From Sarea resinae (Eukaryota): a stretch of DNA of 23,802 bases. The notes under the pieces were generated by a model, which had not been told where the DNA came from, searched no databases, and worked only from the letters and a program-made list of their open reading frames with translations. The position numbers were made by a program, and so were the translations under genes. The DNA lies in contig JAPEUD010000063.1 in assembly GCA_026026165.1 (NCBI GenBank), forward strand, positions 124,001 to 147,802, read 5' to 3'. Positions 1-12,027 of this stretch are shown here, in pieces (the stretch's first letter is position 1; the number at the start of each line of letters is the position of its first letter).

Positions 1-145
1 GCAACCGATCACCAAAGTCAATCGACTGTCTACCTGTCTTCTGATCCTCTACCAACACCACTACCCCTCCAACAAATCGTAGGTTAATTGCTGTCACCCA
101 CTACAGCGTTAGATTGAAACTGATCTTGTCAGGACACACATCACA

Positions 146-388
146 ATGGCCGGAGCAGACCCCAAGACCATCGACGAGCGCAAGGCCAACTTGCCTCTGC
201 CCGATCAGCCACCGGTCGAGTCCGACTGGAACTCCGCCGACGCATCAAAAGTCAATGTCGGATCCGGTGCCGTCGAGGGCGACATCTCGACCGGCAAGGG
301 CAGCGACGCGCTGCGAGGCCCCGCCACGGCCGACAGCAGCGTCCGGGTTGACGGTGACGAGTTCAAGAAGAACACTGCACCGAACTAG
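146..388 (+). CDS. Small hydrophilic fungal hypothetical protein (80 aa), probably preceded by a 5'-UTR intron at 79-132
   Basis: ATG in a good fungal context (CACAATGG) with strong C/G third-position bias. The LPLPDQPPVESDWNSAD segment resembles small conserved ascomycete proteins (from recall, not searched). Upstream GTAGGT...CTGAT...CAG fits a 54-nt intron. Confidence 0.75.
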   Translation: MAGADPKTIDERKANLPLPDQPPVESDWNSADASKVNVGSGAVEGDISTGKGSDALRGPATADSSVRVDGDEFKKNTAPN

Positions 389-1295
389 GAGAATTGGCCA
401 CGAAGGAGCCACGTCTTGTGAGTGGCGGGCGTCACATTGGGAATGAATTAAAAGCACGATTTGCATGAACTGGACGATACTGGGTCTGCTCGGGATGAGC
501 GTGACGGAGAGGACTGGGTCTGAAATCGCTAGCGCTTGCTCGTGTAGCTAGATCTCAACAATGAAGCCGATACCAACAAGATTGTCACAGCATGGAGCCG
601 ATGTTCTCATTGTGATTTCGCCAGACAATGTGATACCGTGTACAATGTAGACTCTACCTTGCGGCAGTGGAAGCCAGGTCAGCTTCATCATTTGCCAACG
701 AGCATGTGCCTTTGCTATCCCCCTTCCCCAGCCCTCGAGCCCCTGACAGCCTACGCAATTTGCCTGAATGCCCAACATTGGTAGATACGAGGGTCCTAGA
801 CGAGACGGGGTGGTGTCCGTCGGGCCGACCTAATCTTGCCCGCTCGGTGTCATCTGCGGGCACAACAAGGGAAAACCGTAGGGACGACGAGATATGACTC
901 GCAACTGGACAGCGAGCCCCGTGGAAAATGTCTGATACTTCAGTAGTAGAGTGATATTACGGAGTACATGCCAGCCCGGTGCCCTGATCATAATCGACTT
1001 GGGCTACCGAAGACAGACGACCGAAGTGGCCAGGGCTTGCTATCTGGCCGAGCGGAGTGCCTGGTGATGTCATGGTGATACAGCATTGCCATCACCACCA
1101 AGGAATGCCATCACTGCCACTGCAGTCCATTGGATCTCACCATCGCCATCGTCTTCGATCAACTAATGCCCTCTCGCGTCACCCCTCTCTCATCTTCCAT
1201 CATCCATCACTCACCCTGCCCCACACTATCCGGTACCTTGCTCGAGCCATACGCGCAGCCTGATCTCACAGCACTTGGCGCCGACTTGATTGACA

Positions 1296-1301
1296 TATAA
1301 A
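1296..1301 (+). promoter_or_regulatory. TATA box candidate for the gene at 1449
   Basis: TATAAA about 150 nt upstream of the ATG, followed by a pyrimidine/CA-rich leader. Confidence 0.45.
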
Positions 1302-1448
1302 CATCTCCGCCGCCATTGACATCCCTGGGTTTGTTCATCTGTCTCGTCGTGATCTGATTTGATTCAATACAACATCCAAGCTCACTTCACCTCGTCGAAA
1401 ATAAAACAATTACCTTTCTCTGCAAATAGCCTCACCTCGACCGTCACG

Positions 1449-2195
1449 ATGCCTTCTTCAGCAGGAACAAAGGTAAGCCAACCATTCAACCCATCCCTTC
1501 CCTTGAGAGATCTCTTCAACGCACTGCTCTCAACGCATGCGTAGGCGCTTGATCCAGCTGACAAAAATCACACACAGAACACCTCGGACCCATCCGCCCA
1601 AGACCCGATCCAAGAATCCACGGGCACCATAACGTCCGACTCGCTGGCCGCGGCCTCAGGCGCTTCCGGAGGTGCGTTCTCGCAGAACCGCAACTCGGGC
1701 CACCCGTCCTCGGTCACGGCCTCGAACACGACCACCAACACGACCGACACGTCGGGCGCCACGACGCTGGCCCCTGCCCCAGACGCCGAAACGCGGGACG
1801 CGCAATCCGAGTGGCAGGAAGCAAAGGCGCTGTCATCGGGGCCCCCCAAACCGTCAGAGGAATTCGCCAGCAATGCGGCCGCGCCGTCCACCTCAACCTC
1901 GACCTCCAACGTCGACGCCGCTCCCAGCTACGTCGGCGCCGACCTGCTCTCCCAGCCAGGCCAAGCCAAGCCCAAGGGCAAAAACATCACCGAAGGCGGC
2001 TTCGACGCCGACGCGCCCAACGCCAGTTTCAACCAGGATATCGGCGGCGCCAAGGACCCCGGCCGCGCGGCCGAGTCCGGCTTCCAGCGTTCGAATGCCG
2101 AGAGCGCTGCGGATGCTGCGCCGGCCGGCGGCCGACAAAAGGGCGTCGAGGGCGGGACGGCGTTTGATGCGTTGGATGCCGAGCAGGCGTCGTAG
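1449..2195 (+). CDS. Two-exon hydrophilic Ser/Thr/Ala/Gly-rich conserved fungal hypothetical protein (213 aa); exons 1449-1472 and 1578-2195
   Basis: Missed by the ORF track. ATG...AAG|GTAAGC donor at 1473, GCTGAC branch, ACAG acceptor at 1577. Exon 2 is open to TAG at 2193-2195 (NTSDPSAQDPIQESTGTITSDSLAAAS...KPKGKNITEGGFD...DPGRAAE) with very high GC3. Confidence 0.85.
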
Positions 2196-3040
2196 CGTGC
2201 CGTGATGTGTCTGTCTTTGCTCGGGGATGGAAAAGCGGTATCGGTGTTTTCCTGCTGTCTTTGGGAGTCTTGCGCTAGATATGAGTGACGAATGAGAACA
2301 ATTACACTATTACTCCGTCACGTCCAAAACCTTTGGCTTATTCTCATCCTATTATCTGATCTTATGAATGATTAATCATATCAGCCCCCTACTCTACCAC
2401 TCTCGCTCACCTACTCACCTCCTAACTCACATACTCGCCTACTTACCTTCTATTAAGAAGATAAAAAGCCCCCTCTATATTTATCAAGTAACACAAGCTC
2501 AAGTAAACAGGCAGACCTGTTCCTAGCCAGGTGCGCCCCCAAAAAAGAAAAGAAAAGGACTACTAGAACCCGGCTCGTCGGGGCTATGCCCAAGTTTGCT
2601 AACTATATGATAGTGTTCATTGCAATGGTAATTGTGATTATTATTATTTCTTTCTATGCTCTCCTTTTATTCTAAATTTCTTGTAGTTTTCTATTCTCCA
2701 CTTCTCCTATATTTTTTTTCTTTTTCTCTCTCTCTCGTTCCTTGACCCATAAAAAAAGAAGAGTCATGAGAAAAAGGAGACAGGGATCAAGTAAAGCGGG
2801 AGTAAGAGGCAATTCAGAGCGAGCAGAACAGGAAGACAGAGTGAAGAGGTGGGTAATAGGTATGTGTATAAAGATAGTGCATAATAGATAGCAAGGAAGT
2901 GAGCAGTGAGCAAGGAAGTAAGTGAGTGGGTTTATCATTGTATTTTCAAACTGTAGCATCGTACACTGCTCTTCGCCGAACGCACTCCACCGACTCCACG
3001 CCTTCTAAAAACAAAACCATGAGGATTATACCCAACAACG

Positions 3041-4811
3041 CTATATGAGAAATTCCTCCTCCAGCCAATGCCGGATCACGACCTTGCCCTCCTCGAATTT
3101 CCGTCTCGGCATCCGCACGATGATGGCCGCATGGCTGTGCGATACCTGGTGGATGTAGACGGGGTATTTGCGAAACCCGACCCGGTCGAGCGATTGGATC
3201 ATGCTGAATTGCTGGGGCGCGAGCGCCAGGGTGGGGAAGTCGAGATGGTGGTGGTGCGAGGCCACCTTCTGCAGGGCTGGCACATCGTCATTGTCGTCGT
3301 CGTCGTCGTCGTCAGAAGAAGAAGATGAGGACGAGGTGGGCGAGTCCGTGGTGGTGCTGACCGGGGTGTTGATTACTTCCGAGTCGGATGATTTCTCCGA
3401 CTTCTCAGAAGAGTCCGTGCCCCTTTTAGGAGGCGCGCTGGCCTTCAGCGGCGCTTTCTTATGGCTCCCGTGCGACTTGACCGTCGGCTGGTGGCGCCCG
3501 CTGGCACTACGAGTGCTGTCCTGGCCGCTCGTTGCCACCTCTTCGGACCCAGCTGGCAGGTATTCCTGGCTCTGGCTATTGTTCAGATCCTCGAACACGC
3601 CCTCGACTGCGCTCTGGATGTCCTCGACCATCAGTCCCATGCGATAGCTTTCGATGCCGATCCCCGCTTTGCCTTCTTCATGGAGCCGGATTCGTTGCTG
3701 ACTTCTGATTGATTGTATGGCCGAGTTGATCAGGAAAAGGATGCTGCCTAGCGGTATGAGCAGCAGCAGCAACAGCCTCAGGGCAAGCGTCTGACTTCCG
3801 CCCGCTACCTTTTTGTAGAAGGTCGGCAGCTCCTGCTGGTCCTGCGGCGAGACAGGGTGATCGGGATCGACTATGATTGGCTCGTATCCTTTGACATAAT
3901 TGACCTTGACCGCCTTGAGGTCTGCGAAAGGGTCGATTTTAGAGATGCCTGTGGTATAATACACAGCCGATCGATCGTTGACGACGTTCGCATAGAGGGT
4001 CCGACGCTGGAATTTCGCCAGCGCGTGGATGAAGATACTGTCGGGATCGGCGAGAATCGAGAGAAGCGGTCGGCCGGTGTTGCGGAAAGAATCTATGGTG
4101 AAAAGCTGGCGGCCGGACATGGACAGGGTGCGAGCACCCAGAACGTTCCACAGATGATTGTGGAATCCGAGCAGAGGCGTACGGACACCTAGATGGGGAG
4201 ATGCAAAAGTCGTAAAGTTCTGGCTTCAGTCAGCATTGCACCGCAGGAAAAACAATTGTTCAACAGACAGGACAAGTGGCTCCTGGTTGCACTTGGTCAA
4301 GCTCGTCGGTCGCCCTGGACGTGCTGCCTGCCGAGCTCGCTCACTTGGATATATACCAAACCGGACCTACCACGGGCGTAATCTTCTCAAACCATCCCTT
4401 CGAATGTAGCAATCCGATCGCATATCTCGCCACCAAGCCACCGAGGGAGTATCCGACGATGCTGAGCTTCTTGATCACTTGGCCATCTCGAGCCAAGCTC
4501 TCGAGGGTATCCTCGATCTCCTGAGTGACTCGCTCGCCGCCCAACTCGATGCCATCGTAGGTGAAGCTTCCAGAGTTGCGCTTGGCCACCAGAATGTGGA
4601 GTTCGGATTCGGAGTACTTTTCACGCAAGGAAGATGCAAGAAACGAGAGATGCTGTGGATTTCCCCAGAGTCTGTAGAAGTAGTCTTTAGCCGCGAGGCA
4701 CGCGACAGCTGACACGCGAGCAGCGAGCGAGGGCACTCACCCGTGGACCAGCACGCAGAGATGATCGGCTTTCCGCTGGTCGTCGCTAGCTGTCGAAGAG
4801 GTTTGTTCCAT
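3041..4811 (-). CDS. DUF676-family putative lipase/serine esterase (516 aa); exons 4811-4741, 4671-4371, 4219-3041
   Basis: Spliced product reads HLCVLVHG-LWGN, the nucleophile elbow GYSLGG, NFTTFASPHLG, LYANVVNDRSAVYYT and C-terminal HSHAAIIVR. Donors are GTGAGT and GTAGGT with CAG acceptors. Exon lengths 71+301+1179 = 1551 nt, divisible by 3. Confidence 0.92.
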
Positions 4812-5423
4812 GCCCGGGCCAGGGTATGAGGAGATGATGGAGCGGTCGATACTGGAGAGCGAGAAGGGTAACGTGGTGAGGGAGTTGGGAGTGGTGAGGC
4901 TGTCGAAGCAGCGGTTGGGGGATTATCGACGAGACGAGCGCAGCAGTAGTGCTAGTCGTAATGATCCGGCCGTGCATGAGGTGCCCTGGGTGCCTGAATT
5001 GGCCCTAGGCGTAGGCGTCGGCGTCAGGGTCGGATTGGAGCCACCGGGATCGATTTAGCGGGCACTACCTTGGTTCCGGTGGTGAAAAAGGCCAGTCAAG
5101 GTAAGGTATTCTCGGGTAAGGTACTCGAGTAGACTATCAGTCCCTCTCTCGGGATCACTATCAATTCGAATGAGTCGCCGAGAAGTGAGAGCAGTGCGTA
5201 TCATGAAAGAGAGAGAAGAGAGAAATGGCAGAGATGAGGGTGTGCTCGGAGTATTTAAGCTGCAAGTGCGAAGATGAACGCCTCAGTTTAACTGCGGAAC
5301 CTACCTATGGAAGGGTCTGTTTCTCGCCGGGTCGCACCTCCCTTGGCTGGCTCCTTGATCGATAGACAGCGAGATGGATGCCCCGTGATCAGCAACGGAG
5401 CTGCCTGCTGCTGTAGGTCCGAG

Positions 5424-5445
5424 GAGAGAGAGAGAGAGAGAGAGA
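5424..5445. repeat. (GA)11 microsatellite
   Basis: Read directly in the divergent intergenic region. Confidence 0.95.
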
Positions 5446-5621
5446 AGAGGGAGAAACGCTTGTTTGGTGTGACGGCCGATAACAGTCACGGCGTCGATCG
5501 AGGCACTAAGGTGCTCACTTGGTGCGCCTCCCATGATGGTTGATGATTGATGATGATTGCTGCGGTGCGACCAGAGTAAACAACAACAATCATCTCTCGT
5601 ATGTCCGAACACGATCTTCTC

Positions 5622-5639
5622 ACTACTACTACTACTACT
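5622..5639. repeat. (ACT)6 microsatellite
   Basis: Read directly. Confidence 0.9.
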
Positions 5640-6495
5640 GCTGCCATTGCTCCTCGTCCGGGTCATGATGATCTCGAACGATGCTTTCATTCAGGGACGC
5701 CTTCGCATCCAGCATACGGCAGGTGAGAGAGGTGAGATCCCCTCGAGGCTAGCCCTGCGCCGGTTCCACCGACCTGGAATTGACCCATCATGGACCCATC
5801 ATGGCCCTGTCATCTGCATCCACGGATCCGTGCCCTGCCTGCACTTACTCACTCCCTTCATGCACCCCACTCGCCCACTCGCCCACTCGCCCACTTACTC
5901 GATGCACCTCCGTTCACAATCATCTCTAAGAGTACTCATATTTTCGCCCCAACCCACAGCGACGATCATCTCGGCCTTCGTATCCTTATCACTTGGCTCC
6001 GGGCTTGGATTTTGAGTTCGTCGCCTGGCCCCATCGATACTTGGTCGATACCTCTCTCGCTCGCTAACGTGACCGCGGAAGACGTCTGTGCTCGTCTCCG
6101 ACCGAGTACTTCCGAGTATCTTCTCTCTTTCTCCGACCTCATCTCACATCAACCACATCAATCACTTACTTCCTCACTCGCTCATTACTCACTCACCGCC
6201 AGTCGGTCTTTGATCGATCCAGCCTTATCCGAGACTGTCGACTCCAAGAATGAACGACCAACCCTCGGTAAGGTAAATGATCGTCTGAGCAAACTTTCTC
6301 GAGGCTCCGGTTGCTTTAGTGTGGTTACGCCGTATTACGCAGTATGCATTGCGAGCTCACCACCAATCATCGTTGAGCGTTTTGCGTTTTACCCTTTCGA
6401 TCTTGCTTCATCCTTTGGCCTAGTCGTTTGTTCTACCGCCGCACCACCGCCTGGTGGGGTTGATAGGCGGCTCGGCACGCGAGAGTCGAAGCGAC

Positions 6496-8535
6496 ATGTT
6501 TTCTACCGGCGGGCTGTTCAAGCAGGTCGCCTGTCCCGAAGGACCAAAATGCTCCCTCCCCAATTGCATCTTCTCGCACCAAGTCTACAAAGAGGAGAGG
6601 AAGGCTGGCTCCGGCCCGCTCGCAGGACGGTCAGATCTCCCTGGGAGCCTGACTGGCGATGAGAGTGGGCCACGGAAGAAGAGGCGGATTGACCAAGGCT
6701 CCGAACCAAAAGATAGCAATACGTCTCTCCGGGATGGATCGCCGAAGATTGATCTTAACGCTCCCTCGAAGCCTCGACGCCTTCTAGAAGAGGTCGAGGA
6801 ACCGGCCATCAAGAAGAAGCCCAAACTGGACAATGCGCTATCAAAGTTGCAATCCGCACGCAGAGCGGTTTCCCCGCCGGACTTGCGAGCCTCATCAGTC
6901 AGCGAGAAGAAAGGCTCGGAACGAATTGTAGAAGCCCTAGAAGCCCCTCGGTCGAGTAGCACGTCCAGACAACCCGTCAAAGCTGCTACTCTGGCGACGA
7001 AACACCGACAGGAAACCTTGAATCCTCGGCTCCTAACCAAACCACCTGCTTCTCATGCCTTTCGGTTGACGGTTGTTCAGAAGATACACGAACAGCTCAA
7101 ACGCCTCAATGATGGACTCCGCCAGGAAGCTGACTCCCAGGCATTGGTCTTGTCGGATCAAGAGCTAATCATTACTGTTCTGGATGAAGAGGAACAGGCA
7201 GCCCGTGAAAATCCATCAGTCTACTCGAGCGTGATGCGGCTGCGCATGGTCGCCCTCAAGAAGATGAAGCTGGATGAATGGAAGAAGCAACGACTCGAGA
7301 AGGTTGCAAAATCTTCTCCGGCTAAGGAGTCCGAGACCCCGCAATCTCCTATCGAGACGGGCCTGACGGGAGAAGAAGAGCTGGCTCTACTCCCTCGATT
7401 GGTCGCACGGCAAGACGGGCTCGAAAAGTTCGGCTATGTGCTCACTCCACCAGGTGAAGCAGAGATAGCCGCGGCCCTGACAGGAGTGGAGGCCGCCCAC
7501 GGCTGGGAGCAGTGTGACCGGTGCAAGTCACGTTTCCAGGTCTTTCCTGGCCGCCGAAAAGAAGACGGCGCTCTCACGACGGGTGGGAAATGCACGTACC
7601 ATCACGGTCGGGCTCTTCGACCTCCAAAAAGTCGCGCAGACGAGATGAAAGCGGGCCCTTCGGACCCTATCTATACCTGCTGCAGTCAGCCCCTCGGAGC
7701 TTCTGCCGGATGTACTACGGCTGAGAGCCACGTCTTCAAGGTCTCGGAACCGAAGCGTCTGGCGTCGATATTGCAGTTTGAACCCACGCCGTCAAACCCC
7801 AATATTCCCGAAAGCAAAGCCCTCTGCCTCGACTGCGAGATGGGCTATACGGTCTATGGGCTGGAGCTGATCCGCTTGACCGCTACGGCATGGCCAAGTG
7901 GAGACGAGGTCCTCGATGTTCTCGTCCGGCCCATGGGAGAAATTCTCGACCTGAACTCGCGCTTTTCTGGCGTCTGGCCTTCGCACATTACAGAAGCCGT
8001 GCCATATTCCGATGCTGTTCCATTGAAACAATCACAGCCGACATTGCCCTCACCGTCCGTCTCGGACCCTGGCGAAATACCTTCCTCGGCCGACCCCAAA
8101 CCGCTGCCTATCGTCTCCTCCCCGGCCTTTGCACGCAGTCTCCTCTTTGCCCACCTCACCCCGCAAACGCCGCTGATCGGCCACGCCCTTGAAAACGACC
8201 TGATCGCTGCCCGTATCTGTCACCCGACCATCATAGATACCGTGCTTCTCTTCCCGCATCCGCGTGGACTGCCCTTGCGGTACGGTCTCAAGGCCCTGAT
8301 GGCCAAGTACGCAAAACGTGATATTCAGATGGCAGGGGCGAGCGGCCACGATAGCAAAGAGGATGCTCGTGCAGCGGGCGACTTGGTCAGGTGGAAGGTC
8401 AGGGAGATTTGGAAGGGACTGAAGGCGGACGGCTGGAGCGTGAGAGATGGCGTTTTCTATCCGCCGCGATCGAGAGCTGAGATGGAAGCCGAGAGGGCGA
8501 AGAGGACGAAGAGGAAGGCGAGCGTGAGTGAGTGA
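6496..8535 (+). CDS. REX3: DEDDh 3'-5' RNA exonuclease, REX3-like (679 aa, intronless)
   Basis: First ATG at 6496 (MFSTGGLFK) followed by C-x4-C-x4-C-x3-H. Central CDRC...CTYHHG...CC...GC-x5-HVFK Zn region; exonuclease motifs LDCEM, IGHALEND, IIDT and GHDSKEDA. Confidence 0.92.
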   Translation: MFSTGGLFKQVACPEGPKCSLPNCIFSHQVYKEERKAGSGPLAGRSDLPGSLTGDESGPRKKRRIDQGSEPKDSNTSLRDGSPKIDLNAPSKPRRLLEEVEEPAIKKKPKLDNALSKLQSARRAVSPPDLRASSVSEKKGSERIVEALEAPRSSSTSRQPVKAATLATKHRQETLNPRLLTKPPASHAFRLTVVQKIHEQLKRLNDGLRQEADSQALVLSDQELIITVLDEEEQAARENPSVYSSVMRLRMVALKKMKLDEWKKQRLEKVAKSSPAKESETPQSPIETGLTGEEELALLPRLVARQDGLEKFGYVLTPPGEAEIAAALTGVEAAHGWEQCDRCKSRFQVFPGRRKEDGALTTGGKCTYHHGRALRPPKSRADEMKAGPSDPIYTCCSQPLGASAGCTTAESHVFKVSEPKRLASILQFEPTPSNPNIPESKALCLDCEMGYTVYGLELIRLTATAWPSGDEVLDVLVRPMGEILDLNSRFSGVWPSHITEAVPYSDAVPLKQSQPTLPSPSVSDPGEIPSSADPKPLPIVSSPAFARSLLFAHLTPQTPLIGHALENDLIAARICHPTIIDTVLLFPHPRGLPLRYGLKALMAKYAKRDIQMAGASGHDSKEDARAAGDLVRWKVREIWKGLKADGWSVRDGVFYPPRSRAEMEAERAKRTKRKASVSE

Positions 8536-8550
8536 GTGAGCGAGTGAGTG
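8524..8550. repeat. Imperfect (GTGA)n tetranucleotide repeat spanning the REX3 stop codon
   Basis: gtgagtgagtgagtgagcgagtgagtg read directly. Confidence 0.85.
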
Positions 8551-8870
8551 GAGGAGGGAGCGAGTAACGACGAGAGTGGCGAGCAAGAAAAGAAATTTCT
8601 CTATATCTTCAGCGATGGGTCGGTCGGTCGGTCAAATCGCCGGATTGATGAGAGCGTCGAATAAAAAAGGCTCGACGTCCATAGCACTTGAGTGAGCACT
8701 TTCAATTGGAATACGAGACTTGCTTTCCAAGGGATCAATTCGCTCCGACCCGACGTCCAGACGTCCAAACTAGATACATACAAAATGACCAAAAAAAGAA
8801 AATAAAATTTCTATGCAAGCACATGGTATACCGGAAAGCTCCCCCCTTTTCTCCAAAAATACAAACAATT

Positions 8871-10564
8871 TTACCGCCCGGAGTACTTCTTTTCAATGGT
8901 CCTCGCGACGGGATACACCAGCATCGTGATGGCGGCGCTCATGTAGATACCCACGTCGCCACCGTACGCGCCGAATTTCTTCGCAATTGGCCCGATATAC
9001 CAAGTCTGCGCCATGCCGGTGACGCCGCCGGCCAGGTATCCGGCCAACAGGGCCAGCACGGCGGCGATGCCGAGCGGTAATCTACTCGGCTGATCCCAGA
9101 CGTGCAGGTTGTAGCCGGAGCGGCGGCGGAAGAAGTGGTCCTCGATCAGCATGATCAGCGTGAAGGAGACGGTCCAGTAGCCCAGCAGCGAGACGAAGTT
9201 GCTGACGATGGTGCTCAGGTGCTGGCGACCGGCGATGGCGATGACGGTGACGACGATGCTGAACAGCGCGGACCAGATCAGGCGCGGCACGGCGTGGAAC
9301 CAGTGGCCCAGCAGCTGCAGCGACAGGCCCGAGCTGTAGTTGACCGCCACGTTGTTGCCCAGCACCGAGAAGGTCAGGATCACTAGGCTGAACTTGGACC
9401 AGCCGCGCGGGTGGTAGACCGTGTACATGAGCCCACCGAGGCCGTGCTTCGTGTAGGCCTCGGCGTAGGGCGGGTAGGCGGCTGAGACGGCCGCGTTGCC
9501 GAGACAGGCCCCAATGACCACGCTCCAGGTGACCGGGATCACGACGCCGAAGAAGGTCAGTGTGAATACTTTCCAGCGGGGCGTCGTAGATGGGAAGTTG
9601 ACGTAGTAGTCGGCCGCCATGGAGCACCAGCCCGACGCATTGGCTGTGATTGGAATTTAGTTCAACGGTCAGACCAGAGAGAGAAGAAGAGGACTTACAG
9701 AAGTTGATGGCCAGAATCGACAGGAAGTTCCCCGCGAAGATCAATCCCGAGCTTCCATCCTCGCCGGGAACGCTGGCATCGACGTGAGGCGCGGCTTGAG
9801 CGATGAGCACACACATCAGAATGAAGGTGCCGATCCACGAGTATTTCTCGAAGCTATGGATGACCTTGAAGCCGAAGACGGAGATGACATAGGACACGAT
9901 GGCGATGATGACGATGCCGACGATCAGGCTCATGGAGTAGTCCGACACGGCGCGCAGGATCTGGCCCACCACCACCAGGTTGACGACGTAGTAGCCGCCT
10001 CCCACGACGATGTTCAGCACGGAGCAGAGCTTGGCGCCATAGAAGCCGAACGAGTATCGAGAACAGGCGATTTGACGCAGCCCAAGCTAGCAAGATATGT
10101 CAGTCTTCGACAAGATCTCACAGCAGCAACAAGGGTGGATTTCATACCTTGGGACCCAGCGTACCCGTGTAGGCGGTGCAGAGAGATCCGAGAATGATGC
10201 CACAGATGCTCGCGGCAATGTTCTGGCGCAGCGAGAGGCCGAATTCGGCACCCAGCAGCCCGAGCGGCACGACGCCGACGTGCACGTTCAGCGACCACCA
10301 GATCAGGAAGATGTTCCACATCGACGGCGGCTCTCGCTTCTCGTCGGGGATGCGGTCGATGCCGTTGGTCTCGACGCCCAGCTTCTCGTCGAGCCATTCC
10401 TCGCCCGCCCGCATCTTTCGCAGGAAGCCGTGTCCGCCCTGGATCTCGCGCGCGCGTCGGATCTCGTCGGCGGTGCCCTCGGCGATGGCATCCTGCTCGG
10501 GCTCGGACGAGACCTGGAAGGTCTTCTCGTCGACGCCCTTTTCTTCCCTGTCGATCGAGGCCAT
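8871..10564 (-). CDS. NCS1-family purine-cytosine/vitamin B6 permease (Fcy2/Tpn1-like, 525 aa); exons 10564-10148, 10086-9699, 9643-8871
   Basis: Motifs VETNGIDRIP, GPK|LGLRQIACSRYSFG, GWCSMAADYYV, NNVAVNYSSGLSLQ and GMAQTWYIGPIA, plus many hydrophobic helices. Donors GTATGA and GTAAGT; exon lengths 417+388+773 = 1578 nt, in frame. Confidence 0.92.
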
Positions 10565-12027
10565 GATGTCGCCCTCGAGGTCTTCTGTTTCGGTGATCGT
10601 CGTACGTGGCTCGGACAAAGACGACACTGTAGAGATGGAGACGGAAGGCTTCACTTTTTATGGTGGTAGCCAAGGCAGGCACACGAGCACTATAAAGCCC
10701 ATACGCGCATCCCTCCCACAGATTGATCTACCCCATGTCGCCCACCTCTCCCACCTTTCTCTCTTCGCCCGCGCGGCGGATTCCTATCTCCTCCGTCGTC
10801 ATGCTACGATGGCCTCCCAGTGGACCGGACGAGCACCCAAGAGATGACCAACGACAACCAACGAGCAGGCCGCCTGGGGGCGAGAGATAAGGGCGGCCTT
10901 GCCCTTCTTCTAGAACTTCTAGAATGGCTGATGGCGTCGCCGCTAAGCCACATCTACCGTCCTCCAGCGTCCTCACCTTCCTCTTCGCGCAGCAAATCCG
11001 GCCGTAGTGCCATAGCCGAGTCGCCATCCCCTGCCTCTGGTGCTACCGGGTTCCGACCCACGCCTAATCCGCCACCACCCACCGAGAAGGCAAGAAGGTG
11101 GACGAGAAGGGAAGAAGACGAGTCAGGAGAAGAGAGCACAAGACGATCCATCAGCTCCCGCAGACCAGATTCCCCGACACCCTTTTCGCTCTCGAACTTC
11201 GCTCCAGCTGGGGCTAGGCATGGGTCTGAGGGTCTGCCACACATTGATACTTGTAATCTATCAGTAGAGTACTCCACACTCGAGACCTTCCAGATCAGCT
11301 CGAGATAAGCTCCCGCCGTACTATTGCGGCAGCGATGCCATGGTATTTCGCATCAAATCCTTCTAGAAGAAATGAATTGATGCATGCTTTTGCTTTGCCT
11401 TGCCGTGCCACAAATCTGCTTGCCATGTGACGTTTCCTTTCAGAAGCAGTAGCAGCAGCAGCAGTGGCTGCTGGCTTCGGGCGGCTCCGCTGCTGCCGTG
11501 TGCTCGGCCGTCGTCGACATTCATGATTACGCATGATCGGTGACACCCGTCAACTCGAACAGAGGGCGTTGAATCTCCCATGCTTCTCTCTATCCAGTAT
11601 ATTCAGATCCAGATCCATCGAGAGACGACTGTTCTGCCCACGCTTTGTACCCGTCGTGGGCGAGCCACGCGAGACAGACTCATTCACGGGTATTGGTACA
11701 TGCACAATCGGAGATCTACAGTCGAACGGACTCGTAGCCAAGAACATTCTTTTTGCATGGATGCCAGTCAGCACTCAGCACTCGAGATGAACAATGAAGA
11801 TGAAACCCACGAGAAAGTATCTACGTACTTCAGTAGACAACGACGACGAGATGCTACGTCATAAATCTCACAACTGAAACCCCTCCCACGGCTGTCAGCA
11901 TCAGATAGACAGTTTCGCTTCATATTGAAGGTATACAATCAGCGACGAGTGAATACAGATTCCTTACAGCAGAGTTGAAGACTACCATACTGACGAGAGC
12001 ATTTCTACTGCATAGCTTTGAGAGATC

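Noticed and set aside
1568..2205. Several overlapping ORFs (1568-1909, 1672-2205, 1811-2167, 1893-2138)
   Set aside because: Shadow frames of the GC-rich spliced gene at 1449-2195.
5790..6662. 290-aa ORF overlapping the REX3 5' region
   Set aside because: Non-ATG start, low-complexity pyrimidine-rich composition, no recognisable motifs and out-of-frame overlap with REX3; more likely promoter/5' UTR.
8050..10847. Long antisense and alternate-frame ORFs over REX3 and the permease
   Set aside because: Explained by the high GC3 codon bias of the real genes.
10660..11900. Possible TPP riboswitch or other ncRNA upstream of the NCS1 permease
   Set aside because: I could not find the conserved TPP aptamer elements (CTGAGA with the downstream GAACYTGA...TAAT...AGCG pattern) on the gene's strand.
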